This document shows positions 9,137-20,982 of a stretch of DNA of 64,000 nt, in pieces. Position 1 is the first letter of the stretch. Each line of letters starts with the position of its first letter. This DNA comes from Geosiphon pyriformis uo1 (Eukaryota > Fungi > Glomeromycota), in the NCBI GenBank assembly GCA_016748015.1, contig JAAOMT010000659.1, positions 437,222-501,221 of the forward strand. Reading direction: 5' to 3'. Made by a program: the position numbers and the translations under genes. The notes under the pieces are model-generated. The model saw nothing but the letters and a program-made list of their open reading frames with translations, had not been told where the DNA came from and made no database searches.

Positions 9137-12100
9137 CTAATCTTGCCTCATTCTTGAGAAACAATCAACGTTGGTGTGGAGTTTTCCTGGTTTGTGGTGT
9201 ACGATGTATTGGTAATTAGCTAAAAATCCTGTTCATTGGGTTTGTTTTGCGTTCAGCTGGGTGTTTTTGTTTTGAAGCCATTTAAGTCCAATATTATCAG
9301 TGATAATATCAAATTTTTTGGGTCTGAGGTAAAGGTTGAAGTGATGTAGGGCCCAGATTACTGCTGCAGTTTCTAATTCTGTTGTGGGGTAGTTCTTTTT
9401 GGCTGGCTTTAATGTTCTACTAGCATAAACAATTACTCGCTCATTTCCATTGTCATCTAACTGTGATAGGATGGCACCAAAGGCAGTATAAGAGGCGTTA
9501 GTTGCTAACTGGAATTGGTTGCTGAAATCTGGGTAGGCGAGGATTGGAGCTGTTGTGAGTTTTTCCTTAAGTATCTCGAAGGCATTTTGGTGTTCTTCTG
9601 TCCATTTGTATTCAACATTTTTAATAGTGAGCTGGTTGAAGAGTTTCGTAATTTCTGAGAATTCTTTGATGAATTTTCGGTAATAGGATGCTAATTCAAT
9701 AAATCCTCTTAATTCTGTGGTATTTTGTGGAGTCTTAAAGTTCTTGACAGTACTGATTTTTCCGGGGTCTGGTTTAATTCCATCTTTGCTAACAATGTGA
9801 CCAAGAAAAGCTAAACTTGTTTTTCCGAAGTAGCATTTTTTAATGTTCAATTTCAATCCTGCTTTCCATAATCGTTGAAAAACTTCTCGCAGGTGACTTA
9901 AATGTAGCTCGAAAGATGGTGAATAAACATTAGTGTCATCAAGATAAACTACTACTGATTTCCAAAGAAGGTCTTTGTAAACAACATCCATGAGTCTTTG
10001 GAATGTTGCTGGTGCATTGCATAATCCGAAAGGCATTACATTGAATTCATAATTTCCTCCTTGAGTGGTGAATGCTGTTTTGAAGCAGTCTTTGGGATCC
10101 ATAGCAACTTGCTAGTATCCACTCTCTAAATCTAATGTCAAAAAGTATTTGGACTTTCCAAGGGCATCCAACATGTCATCAATTCGGGGAAGAGGGTAGG
10201 CATCCCCAATGATGACACTGTTGAGTTGTCAGTAATCAACACAAAATCGTATCTTTCCATTTTTCTTTTTAACTAGAACTACAGGTGAGGCCCATGGGCT
10301 CATTGATGGTTGAATAAGTCTATTGTTAAGCATCTGTTGTACTTCTTCTTGGATAAATTGGTGACTTTCTAGAGCAACTCGGTAGACTTGTTGTTGCCTG
10401 GGTTTGGCATCTCCTGTATAGATTTGGTGTTGAACCAAATCAGTTCTTCCTAAGTCATTGTTGTTTTCAGTGAAGATATCAGCAAATTCTGCAATTAGTT
10501 CTTTGAACTGGATTTGTTGTTGTAGTTCAAGTTGTCCCATGTTGATTTGAGATAGTTTTTTCATGACAACATGGTAGTTTTCAGAGCTAAGGTTTGGGTT
10601 GATTTTCAGTAGTGAATGTCCAATAATTTCAGGAAAATTGGGGACTGTTTGGGGTAATTCTTGTTGAAATATATTACTGTGAATAACTCCAATTTCTAAA
10701 TTATTTAATAAAATTATGGAGTAATTATTGGGGTTGTAAAAAGTAACTCGGACTTTCTTTGTTCTTTCTGGAATATAAATGTTTGGGATCAAAATATTAT
10801 GTTCCAAGCAGACTTGATCATTGGACTCAAAAATTTGTTGTGTGGTTGTCGGCTTTGTGCAAGTGTAGATTTCCAGATATTCTCCAAAGGGTGAGATGGT
10901 AATTGGTTGTGGAAGTCTGAGAATCTGGTGGGATTTGTTCTGTGTGTTAAGAGCTATATTAACTAGAACTGTAAATTGTCCAGTTGAACCAAAACCTTGG
11001 GTTCCTCTATCGCTTTTTCCTAATTGTTTTCTTTGATTAACTAGTTGCAAACCCGAAATGTTGATTAAGGGTAAGTAAATAGCTTGGGCAATTTTTTCAG
11101 CATGTTCGATCTTGAATGGTTTGTCAATTTCATTTTGAAGCATCACTGTTATGTCTCCAGTATATCCAGCATCGATAATTCCTTCTCTGACATTGATTTC
11201 TTTGCTTGCCAGAGAGGACCGGAAAGCGATTTGAACCATTGCTCCTGATGGGATTTCGAGTGCAATTTTGAGGTTGATTTTTGTGAGAGATTTGGGTTTG
11301 AGAACAAGAGTATCTTTGCCTGGATATCTTAGGTCATATCCAGCATTAATTTCGTGTGTCTTTTAGGGTTTTATTTCTTGTCCATTGTTGTTGAAGTATT
11401 TAAGTTGTAAGACAGGCTGATTTTCAATAAGATAGATAGGTGTTGTTTCAATTTCTTTCATTTCTTCAGGTTCTCCAAATTCAATTTCATTCTCATCATT
11501 CTCACTGGGCAAGGGAATACTAAAAGCATAGCATTCAGGACACTACTGTTCATTGCAAGGCATAATGCATTCTTCACATAGCCTAATGTTCATTTGCTCT
11601 AATCGTTGAATTTGAGCTTCTTGGGTCAGGTAGATGTGACTTGCAATTTGGTGGTAGACTTCTACTTTATCTTCATAATTGAATCCAGCTAATTCCATAG
11701 TGTATTCAATGTATTCTGCTTCTTTCATTTGACAAACATCTTCTTTGGTAGCTCCATTAATTAATGCCATTGCTAAATCAAAAATCATCTCGGCATCATA
11801 AGGGTAGTGATAAAGTTTGTTGAAAGCACTATTATATGCTGTATTAAAGGGTGTTCCTCTTTTTACTTTTTCTGAAATTGATAAAGCATATTGACAGGTC
11901 TGATCGCAGATGCCTCCTTTTATTGCTACATCAATCCAATTGCATTCTTCTGGTAGCATATCTCCACAAGTCAAACAAGGGGTGTTGTCCCATTTTCCAC
12001 TCCTTTTTATTAGATGGCCCCATCGCTCTCTGTGGCAAGCCTTGCAGTAATAAAAAGTATGATTCTCATATTTTTTTTCAGGTGAAATGCAGGCTCCCAT

Positions 12101-14030
12101 TGACGATAGTTTCTTGTGGCAGTCCTTACATTTAAGGGGAATATAGAGGCGTTGTTTTCTTGGTTCGGGTTTTAAGTAAGGTATATTCCATCCAGAGGTT
12201 TCAGGTTTAGTGTGTGGGGTAAAATGTTTTTGTTCTGTTTCATCAGCCCAGTTGGACGTTGATCCAAGAGCCATGAATGTTTCGATTATTGGTTTTTCTT
12301 CTTCTGGTTCAAATTTAAAAGCTGGGGCTTTTTCAGAGCGTTTGTTGAATGTACCACAAATGGCAGGTACTCGGGCATGTTGTCCTTGGTAGAAAATTGT
12401 TAACTCTTGTGTTTCCCAATTCAGATTAGCATTGGCTTTTTGAAGCCAATCATTTCCGACGAGAGCTTGATACTGAAGTGCGTCCATTACAAGAACTTTG
12501 ACTGAAATGGTGATTCCATCAAGAGTGAATAGAAAATTGTCAATTTCTCCTACTGGTGTCTTTTTCATGCCATCGGCAGTGACGATTACTGTTTGAGCTG
12601 GTCAGTCAACATTTCTTTTCAACTGTTGCATTAACTGGTAGGTAATAATGCTTCCAGCAGATCCACTGTCTAGGATCAAGCGAATTGGCTTTCCTTCTAC
12701 TTCAGCTTCTGCATACATTGCAGTGATAGCTTTTTGCTCATTAGCTGCTGCATTGCTAAGCAAGAATGGTGATTCATTTGCTTCAAATTCAAAAGGAAAG
12801 ATATCAGAGAGATTGGCGTTTTCAGCAATTCGGGCTGGTGGAATAGTAGTGTGGTTATGAGAAGGGTTTCGTTGTTGTTGTGCTGCAACTCTATCTTCCA
12901 AGGGTGCAGTATGGTGAAAATCCTGTTCTTCCAGCATTGTTAAATAACTGGGTTGAGTGTGGTAATGGTTGGATCTTGGTTGAGTGGTATTTCGGAGAAC
13001 CAATTGGTTGTTCGAATTGATTCTACTGTTGTTTACATGGTATCGGTTTTGTGGTGTAAATTGATTTTGTGTAATCAGTCTTCGAGCAGATACTTGATAA
13101 TGTTGTGTGGGTGGTTGCTGGTATTGCTGTTGGATTGGTTGTGGGGCAGGCTGATAATAGTTATTTTGGTATTGGGGTCTTGGTAAATAGTAAGCTGGTG
13201 GTGATGGTTGATAATAAGATTACTGTAGTGGAGAGTAACGTTAATTACCCCTATTTTGTTGGTCTCGTTGCAGCTTTCTGCAATCTCTTTTCCAGTGACC
13301 AGAGATTCCACAGTAATGGCAATTCTGGGGCTGGTTATTGGAAAGTGGTGTAAAGTTATTTTGATTTCATCTTTGGGATGGTTGATATCTTTGGGGCTGT
13401 TGTTGTTGTTGGTTGGTAAAATAGTTTTCAACCTTCTTTGTGAGTTGGTCAATTTTTTCTTCAGCTGCTGAGCTGGGTTCTCCAATTGTCAAATTTACAA
13501 GTTTTGTATGATTGGCTTCTTCCATGGCCATTTCGTATCTTTTCGTATGCTGTATGGCAGAGTTTAAATCTTCTGGCACGTGTGGGCAAACCTTTTTAAT
13601 TAGTTTATCTTTTAGACCAGCGATAAATTGATCCAAGATTTGAGCATCGGAATAATAATTGTTTGTCTCGAGTTGGCAAATCTGTCTGAGAAGTTTGTTG
13701 AATTTCTCAATATAAGTCATAACGGATTTGGAGGGTTCTTGTTTGATATTTCGAAAACGATTGCGAAGAGTGATGGAGGTATTATTGTCAGTGAACTGTT
13801 CAAGGAAGGCTGCTTTGAAAGCATTCCAATCATTGAATGGAGCGGCAAGGTTTTCAAACCATTCTCCTGCTGTTCTTTTGAGAAAGTAGGGAATTGTTCT
13901 TAACATTCTGGCAGCATTTCATTCATTTGCATCTTCAGCTTTAGTAACTTGGTCAAGCCATTCTTGGGGACTGGTCTCAATATCTTCTCCATTGAATTCA
14001 GGAATTTTTGCGATGTATGCTGTCTGTCTC
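9137..14030 (-). pseudogene. Element B single-frame gag-pol: capsid, CCHC knuckle, protease, Cys-rich region, dUTPase, RT, RNase H
   Basis: ORFs 13367, 12602, 11543, 10229 and 9233 share one frame, broken by in-frame stops. Motifs: CHYCGISGHWKRDC, LILDSGS, AGYDL/RSSLA/GIIDAGYTG/RGTQGFGSTG, MPFGLCNAP/YLDD, ELETAAV..ITDN..VDCFSR. Start approximate. Confidence 0.92.
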
Positions 14031-14119
14031 TTATACACATCTGTTGGAGTATTTGGGGTGGTTCTTGAATATTGCTTTAATTTGTTTTTGCTGTGTTATT
14101 TTTGTGGGAGAGCACCAAA

Positions 14120-15112
14120 TGTTACCAGAGGTTTTTGGTTTCTTTTCTGTAATGTTGTTGATACTTATTTGCTGTGAATTCACGTTTTCTGGATGTGGTT
14201 GAACCTCCAATAACTGAATTTATCTTCAAATTATCTCCTATAATTTGAACTGCTGGGCTTATAAGTAGAATAGCCAATTCTGTGCCAGTTGCTTTATGTA
14301 GTTACATTGTAGTAAACATCAACTCTTTCCTAGGAATTGCTTATCTGGAAGCTCACAAAAAAAATGTGTAGTTACTTTGCTGTGAAAGTCAACTCTTCTA
14401 CAGGAATCTCATCTGTAGGTTACCCTAATGATTATGATAAGAAAATAAAAGAAAATAGAAGAAATGTAAAAGAAATGGAATTTTATCAAGGAAAACGTTT
14501 TCTATCCAGATCTGGAGTCACTAACAGTTTACTGAAATTGGTAGCTAATCAATTTCAAAATGTTAGTTGGGTTTTGAGGATTTTCCAAGTGCAATAATTT
14601 AAAGAGTTTGGTTTTTTGAATTATTTGATATTTATTTTTTTTTGCATATATAGGAATGGTTTTTAAGTGATAAATCTAAAGTAAGATACATTTTCTCGAA
14701 GAGAGAAGCTCTTCTTTTATACAACTTGTTGTAACACTATTCTATGAACTTGAACTTTGCTATTTTCTACAATTTCGCTGAACTAAAGATACATTTTGGC
14801 GAACTACAAGTTATTTTGGTGAACTATTAGATATTTCGGTGAACTATCAATTATTTCTACAAATTTCTACAAATTTCAGCAAACTTCTGAATGTTACATA
14901 GTTCAGGGTATTGCATAATTGATCATCGCAATTAGGTTACATTTGTGTTGTGTACAATTTGAGTTATTAATTAAATGATAATTTCGGACATTTTTTTTTT
15001 TTTTTTGCTAATGTAATAAGTGATCATTTAAAACAATAATATATGCTAATTAATGATAGAAATTATAAGATAATTTCATGCTAAATAATATCTCTAATTT
15101 CGTTTGGTAACA
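14120..15112 (-). repeat. Element B 5' LTR
   Basis: Followed on the minus strand by TT and the PBS. Confidence 0.95.
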
Positions 15113-16032
15113 TCGTTCATAGAGCAGATAAAAGGGTTTATAACTTGTTATGTCATGATTCACAGTTCTATAGGTGAACAAAGCTGAAGGCAATACTTTG
15201 TCCCATAGGTTGGTTTTTTCACTGGTTTTGGCTAGGGTTTCACATAGTGTTCTATTGAAACGTTCTACTAGGCCATTTGTTTGGGGGTAATAAGAGGAAG
15301 AGAGTTTATGACATATTCCCATTTTTCTGCAAAGTTCTTCAACCAGTGTACTGAGAAAAGCTTTTCCTCTGTCAGATAAAAGTTCTTTGGGGCAGCCATA
15401 GCAACAAATGATATCTTCATAAATGAAATTGGCAATTGAGACTGCTGTTTGATCTGGGGTGGTTCTTGCTTCTACCCACTTTGTAAGATAGTCAGTAGCT
15501 GTGATAATGTATCTGTTGCCATCAGAAGTTACTGTTAAAGGTCCAACAACATCTATACCAATTCTGTCAAATGGTTGACCAACAGAGATTGGATGGATAT
15601 TTTTCTTGCAATTGGGTTTTCCTCTTCTTTGGCAGGTATCACAGATTTTAATGTATTCAGCAATGTCTTTTCCCAAGGTAGGCCAATAATAGTGAGCTAA
15701 AGTTTTCTGAATTGTTTTTGTTTTTCCAAAGTGTCCAGCTAATAGATTAGTGTGCATATTGTAGATCACAATTTCTCTTTCTTCAAATCTAATGACTCTC
15801 TGGGGGTGGTCAGAATCTTTTTTATTTCTTTTATATAACTGGTTCTGGCAAATCAAATAGAAATTTGATTGTTTGTGCAAATGTTCTCTTTGCTGTCGAG
15901 TATAGTCCGGCAGGTATTGTCCTTTACCCAAAAATTCTATTAAGACAGAGTAGTTGTCCAAGTCCATTATTGTGTTTGTTTGTGGAGGAGTTACAAATAA
16001 TTAAGTTGGTTTGGTTTGAGAGGGTTTTGCTA

Positions 16033-18734
16033 TTACTGGATGATAAGTCTGGAGAGAGTGTCGGTGTTTTGATGATTAGCTCCTTTGTGGTGTTGAATGT
16101 CATAGTCGAATTCATCCAAGTAGAGTATCCAGCGAGTTATCCATTTATGTTCCAGGTTTCTTTTGTTGCATAGCCAAACCAAAGCTTGATGATCTGTTAT
16201 TACCAAAATTTTACACCTTTAAGATATTTGTTCCAATAGCTGGTAGCCCAAACTACTGCTAAGCATTCTTGCTCTGTGACTGAGTAGTTCTTTTCTGCTG
16301 ATGTGAGAGTTCTACTGGCATATGCTACAGCATGTTCCCTGTCATCTTTGTCTTTCTGGAAAAGAACAGCACCAAGTTTATAGCCAGATGCATCAGTATG
16401 GAGGATAAAAGGTTGATCCAGATTAGGTTGCATGAGGATGGGTTCTGTAACCAGTTTTTCTTTCAGAATTTCAAATGCTTTTTGTTGATGAGTGTTTCAG
16501 TGATAATTGATGTTTTTCCTAAGTAGCTGATTGAAAGGAGCAGCGATTTTGGAGAAATCCTTGACAAACTTGCGATAATAAGAGGCCAAACCAAGAAAAG
16601 AGTGTAGTTCATAAATATTCATTGGTTGTTTAATGTTTTGAACTTTTTCAATTTTGGCTAGATCAGGGAAGATTCCATTTTTTGTAATAAAATGACCAAG
16701 GAACTGGGTGGATTGATGTTCAAAGAATGATTTGATTGGATTGATCTTAAGGCCAGCATTTCTAAGGAGGTCAAAAACCTTTTGCAAATGTTCAAGGTGT
16801 TCATTCCAGGTTTTTGAGTATACCATTGTGTCGTCCAAGTAGACTAAAACAAAGTTTTCTTTTACTGATTCAAATACTTTGTCCATTAAGCGTTGAAAAG
16901 TGGGAGGAGCATTTGTGAGACCAAAAGGCATAACTGTGAATTCATAGGTGCCATACTTGGTGATGAAGGCAGTTTTCTTTCTGCTTTCTAGATCCATCTC
17001 TACTTGCCAGAATCCAGCAGTTAAGTCAATGGTTGAGAAGAAAGTGGCACCATGGAATTGGTCTAGCATTGCATCAATCTTGGGAAGTGGGTACATATTT
17101 CTTTCAGTAATGACATTTAATTGGTGATAGTCAACACAAAAGCATAGGGTTCCTCTTTTCTTGGATACCACTACAACTGGGAATGTCCATTCACTCTTGG
17201 TTTCTTGTATGAATCCAAGGGTTTTCATTCGGGTTATTTCTTTTTTAATAAACTCATTATTGTACCGGTTGGATTGATAGGGCTTCAAATGGATAGGGCA
17301 AGTTTCTTTGGTGATGATGATGTGTTGTATCACATGTGTACATCCAGGAGGTTCACCTTCTTTTGAAACAACTGGGCTGTTTCTAGCCAGCAGGTTTTCA
17401 ATGTCTATCTTTCTTTCTTCTGGAAAGGGTTCTCTTTGTTCTACAACCAGTGATTGGATTTCAGGTGGTTTGTTTTCAAAGAACTTTTGGACTTCTTTTA
17501 TTTCCTCATGGAGTATCAAGCTGATTGGTTTCCAATCTTTGTAATAGATCAGGCAGAACATGCATTCATTGCTAGGAGAATACAATAGTTTGTCGCACCA
17601 GCACCGGGCACAAGAACCATGCCACCAATAACTGTATTTGGCTTTCTTGCCTGGCTTTCTGTCAAAAGTTTTTCTGAGCATGTCATAATAAGACCAGCAG
17701 ATCAGCTTGCCATTGACAATGATTTCTTCTTTATCTACCTTGACATTATCCAATGGTTTGCCATTGCTGGTGAAGATGGTATAGGCGAGTTCAGCAGTTT
17801 CTTCTTGTTCTTCTTGTTCTTCTTGTTCTTCTTCTTCCTCACTTTTTTCATCATCTGATTTGTCTGATTCATTTTCTTCTGGGCTCTGCTTGGATACTGG
17901 GGGAGTTGTCCAATGGCGACATTTAACCACAATGGGTTTCTCACCACATCTAATGATTAGTTTACAGAGTTCATAATCAAGCAAAGCTTTTGCTTTCTTG
18001 AGCCATTCATTGCCAACAATGATGGTGTATTCTTTTGCTTCAGATACTTCCATATCAGTTTCAATGCTGATGCCATTGATGCGGACAGAAATAGCTTTGG
18101 CTATGCCAAGCCCTTTCTTCTTATCACCATGCACATTGGTCATTGGTCGTGTGGATGGTTCATCAATTTTTCTGCCAATTGCTTCAAGAAAGTGTTTAAC
18201 AATAACACTAACAGATAATCCACTGTCTAGAATCAAATCAATGAAATAGCCAGCCACTTGGGCTTTGCAAATTAGAGGAGTGACATTGCTATTGTCAGCA
18301 AGTCCAGCTTAGTGAAGGTATTTGTTGGTTTTGGGTGTCTTTTTCTTTGGAATCAGAGATTTGTGAAAATCTTTTCTAAATTGTGAATGGGTCATCAATT
18401 GGCCAAAGGTTATATGTGCTGGGGTTTCCATGAGATCTTTGACAACAGAATAGAGGTCGGATTTTTGTACTATTTCTGGGGATTCTAACTTTGGAGGGTT
18501 CTTGAAAACTTTGGCTTTTGGGGGCTCATTGTTGTCAGCAGTTGATGTAGAAGCTTTATTGGGATCCAGAACAAAATCAACTTTGGCTTTTTTCTTCTTT
18601 CTTGTGGATTCAGAGAGGTTGGTTGCTAGTTCATCCATGTTATGGTCATCATTAGTTAAGTTAAAAGCATAAAAGGGGTTTTTTTCTGGTTGACTTGCAC
18701 TCTCACCCTTTGAAGGTGTGCCTACCAGTTTAAA
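16033..18734 (-). pseudogene. Element A pol (protease, RT, RNase H), no dUTPase
   Basis: LILDSG, MPFGLTNAP, YLDD, TDAS, EQECLAV, ITDHQAL, NTDTLSR, then TAA TAG at 16035-16030. Confidence 0.92.
18697..18734 (-). promoter_or_regulatory. Candidate -1 programmed ribosomal frameshift signal (U UUA AAC, 6-nt spacer, hairpin)
   Basis: gag ends TCT TTA AAC TGG TAG. Hairpin GCACACCTT-CAA-AGGGTGAGAGTGC follows. The -1 frame runs open into the pol ORF (MDELAT...). Confidence 0.75.
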
Positions 18735-20300
18735 GACTGATAAACAGTGGCTTTAACTAGGGGATCCTCTCCAAAGAAATTGATGTTGGCATGATTGGGT
18801 CTTTGGTTGGGCACATTGTTGTTGTTGGGTCTGTTGTTCTGAGCATCATTGTTTCTGAGAACTGGTGGAGGCAGTGGAGGATTGTTGCAATCTCTTAAAA
18901 AGTGTCCAGTTAATCCACAGCAATAGCATACAAGTGGGCCATGATTTTGTTGTCTTTGATAAAGTGGTTGCTGGGGCTGATTGAAGTGTGGTTCAAATTT
19001 GGGTCTTTGTGGTTGTTGATTTTTTCTGACTGCTTGGGCTAAGAGTTCTAATAACTGGGCAAAATTTGCTGTGAGTCTGTTTATTAACTGTTTATTTGGA
19101 TTTTGAGTGTGAGTGATAAAAGAAGTAGCAGCCATTTGAGGGGCAGAAGCCATGACAGAAGCAAGAGCAAAAACTGGTAGTGTGGATCCCAAGTGCATCC
19201 TTTGGTTATCTTCAATTCTTTGTGCTAATTCAATGGCCATATCCATGGTGGGATTATCTTTCAGGGCCAGGAGGGACCAAAGAGCATATGATAGATCAGT
19301 TCTCAATCCTTTTGTGAAGGAGTGAATTTTTTGCTCTTCTGTCCAATTTTTTCTAGAGTCTACACGTTTGATTAGCTTTTTAATAGCCTTGGCATATTCA
19401 GTCACTACTTCTCCAAGACCTTGGGTTCTTCTTTCCAATTCCATGTGCCATTTGGATATTAATATTGGGGTTCTGAACTTGGCCTCAAATCAGGTAGTGA
19501 AAGAGGTATTTTCTTCTCTAGCATTAATTGGTGTCCATCTGATTATTCTGTGTTGAGCATTGGCATCTGTTTCTTGTAAGAACCAGGTAGCAGGAGAGCC
19601 TTAGAAGTAGCCACCAACGATTTGAAACTTGTATTCTTCATCATACTGGTTGGCTGTGACAGCTCTCTCAAAATCATCCAACCATTTAATTGAATCTTGT
19701 GTATCACCTCTAAATAGTAGTAGTGGGATATTGTTTCTTCTTCCTAGAGCAGTTTGTATATCTTGGAGGGTGGCCAGAATGTTTGCTTGCATGGGGTCAT
19801 TAGCCATTGGTTCAGGGGTAACTGTTTGTGTAGACGAGTCTGATTCACTTGATAAAAGGTCAAAAACAGGGGCAGTTTGGTAACTTTCTTCTTCTGTTTC
19901 AAAGGGAGTTTTAGTTGCTTGATAAGCAGCAATCCAAATGTAGATTTGATGATTCAGATATTCAAAATTAGGAGGCTGTTGTTTAAAGGTTGCAGAATAT
20001 AAGAGTTGATTGATACTGTTGTTTCTTTTTTCAAAGTCATTTTTAAAATAAGCTTGGTCAAAGTAATAGATCATATAAGCTATGTAGGTTTCAGCTGAAT
20101 GCTCGTTCAGAAACCAGTTCCAAAAGTTTTGAAATTGTTTACTGGATTGTTCTTCAAGGGGGAAACAGATCAAGCAGGAGGGCAGAGGATTAAGTTCAAT
20201 GAAATCTAGATCGTTTCTGTTGTGTGCTACAAAGTGTTCTTCTGATTGCTGTGGCAGATATGAGTAATCACCAATACAATGAGGGAATAAGTGAATTTTG
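18722..20300 (-). pseudogene. Element A gag
   Basis: Retrotransposon-gag-like segments (LFRGDTQDSIKWLDDFERA; RTQGLGEVVTEY) and CCHC knuckle CYCCGLTGHFLRDC. Start uncertain. Confidence 0.85.
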
Positions 20301-20304
20301 ACAA

Positions 20305-20321
20305 TCTCACAGGGAGCACTA
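20305..20321 (-). promoter_or_regulatory. Primer-binding site of element A (elongator tRNA-Met-like)
   Basis: TAGTGCTCCCTGTGAGA, 6 nt from the LTR; same as the cleaner TGGTGCTCCCTGTGAGG at 22135-22151. Confidence 0.8.
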
Positions 20322-20327
20322 CTTTTA

Positions 20328-20982
20328 TGTTATGGGTTGGAGTAATAAGCTAACAAATAGCAAGGGAGAACAGTATTGTATAGTGATGGAAATAAACAAA
20401 GAGGGAATTACAATAAGAAAGCGAATTGAATAAGTAGGAATTCAATGTGCATGATCAGTCTCATAAAAATCACAGTTGCTAATTTTTTCTTAAATCTGAA
20501 GGTAGAGAAATAGTCCGTGATTGTTAACAAGATAACACTGCTGCTATTATTCTATGCCTCAACTCGGTGATTCTTAGAATCAATAACAGGTATCATTGTG
20601 CTTTTCAATTGTTTCTTTATTCAATGAATTACAAGAGCAAGCCAATTGCTTCTTAGGCTAATTCTAACAAATACAAATCAAGAAGGGGAAAAGATAAGGT
20701 ATGTAAATGCCAACAAGTAGATACTTGAAGATAAGGAAAGGGAAATAAGCAATTATGAGAGGAAGTAATTGATATTGTTTTATTTCATTACTTTGATCAT
20801 GTCTTTCTACAGCTAAGGGAATCATCACTTATATAGCTATCTAAAGTGGTCAACAACCAGATCAACGGTCAGACCATTGATCAGGTCAACGATCACTATC
20901 TAAAAATAGGGTGGCTAATTATATGACATCAGTGGCTAATATATGTGATAACTAATAAAAACTATGGGTTTCAACCATAACA
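20328..20982 (-). repeat. Element A 5' LTR
   Basis: TG...CA ends, 8-bp terminal inverted repeat, adjacent PBS. Confidence 0.95.

Larger units (their letters stand above)
5452..15112 (-). mobile_element. Ty3/Gypsy LTR retrotransposon B with dUTPase, nested in the integrase of A
   Basis: LTRs of about 990 bp (TGTTACC...GGTAACA), TSD tcat/tcgt, PBS TGGTGCTCTCCC at 14106-14117, PPT GAGGAGGAGG at 6444-6453. Contains four 20-N scaffold gaps. Confidence 0.95.
4989..15967 (-). pseudogene. Element A integrase, split by element B into 15113-15967 and 4989-5451
   Basis: H-x6-H...C-x2-C zinc motif (MHTNLLAGHFG...CDTCQR), core GIDVVGP / SDRG / PQTNGLVERFN. The halves rejoin as FYLLYER|MATLPIE. A GPY/F-like region (WKEPFIVNKVLNNGSY) is in the left half. 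Confidence 0.9.
3701..20982 (-). mobile_element. Ty3/Gypsy LTR retrotransposon A (full length, mutated, interrupted by element B)
   Basis: 655-bp direct LTRs (TGTTATGG...CCATAACA), 4-bp TSD ccat/ctat, PBS 20305-20321, PPT 4356-4367, domain order gag-PR-RT-RH-IN. Confidence 0.95.
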
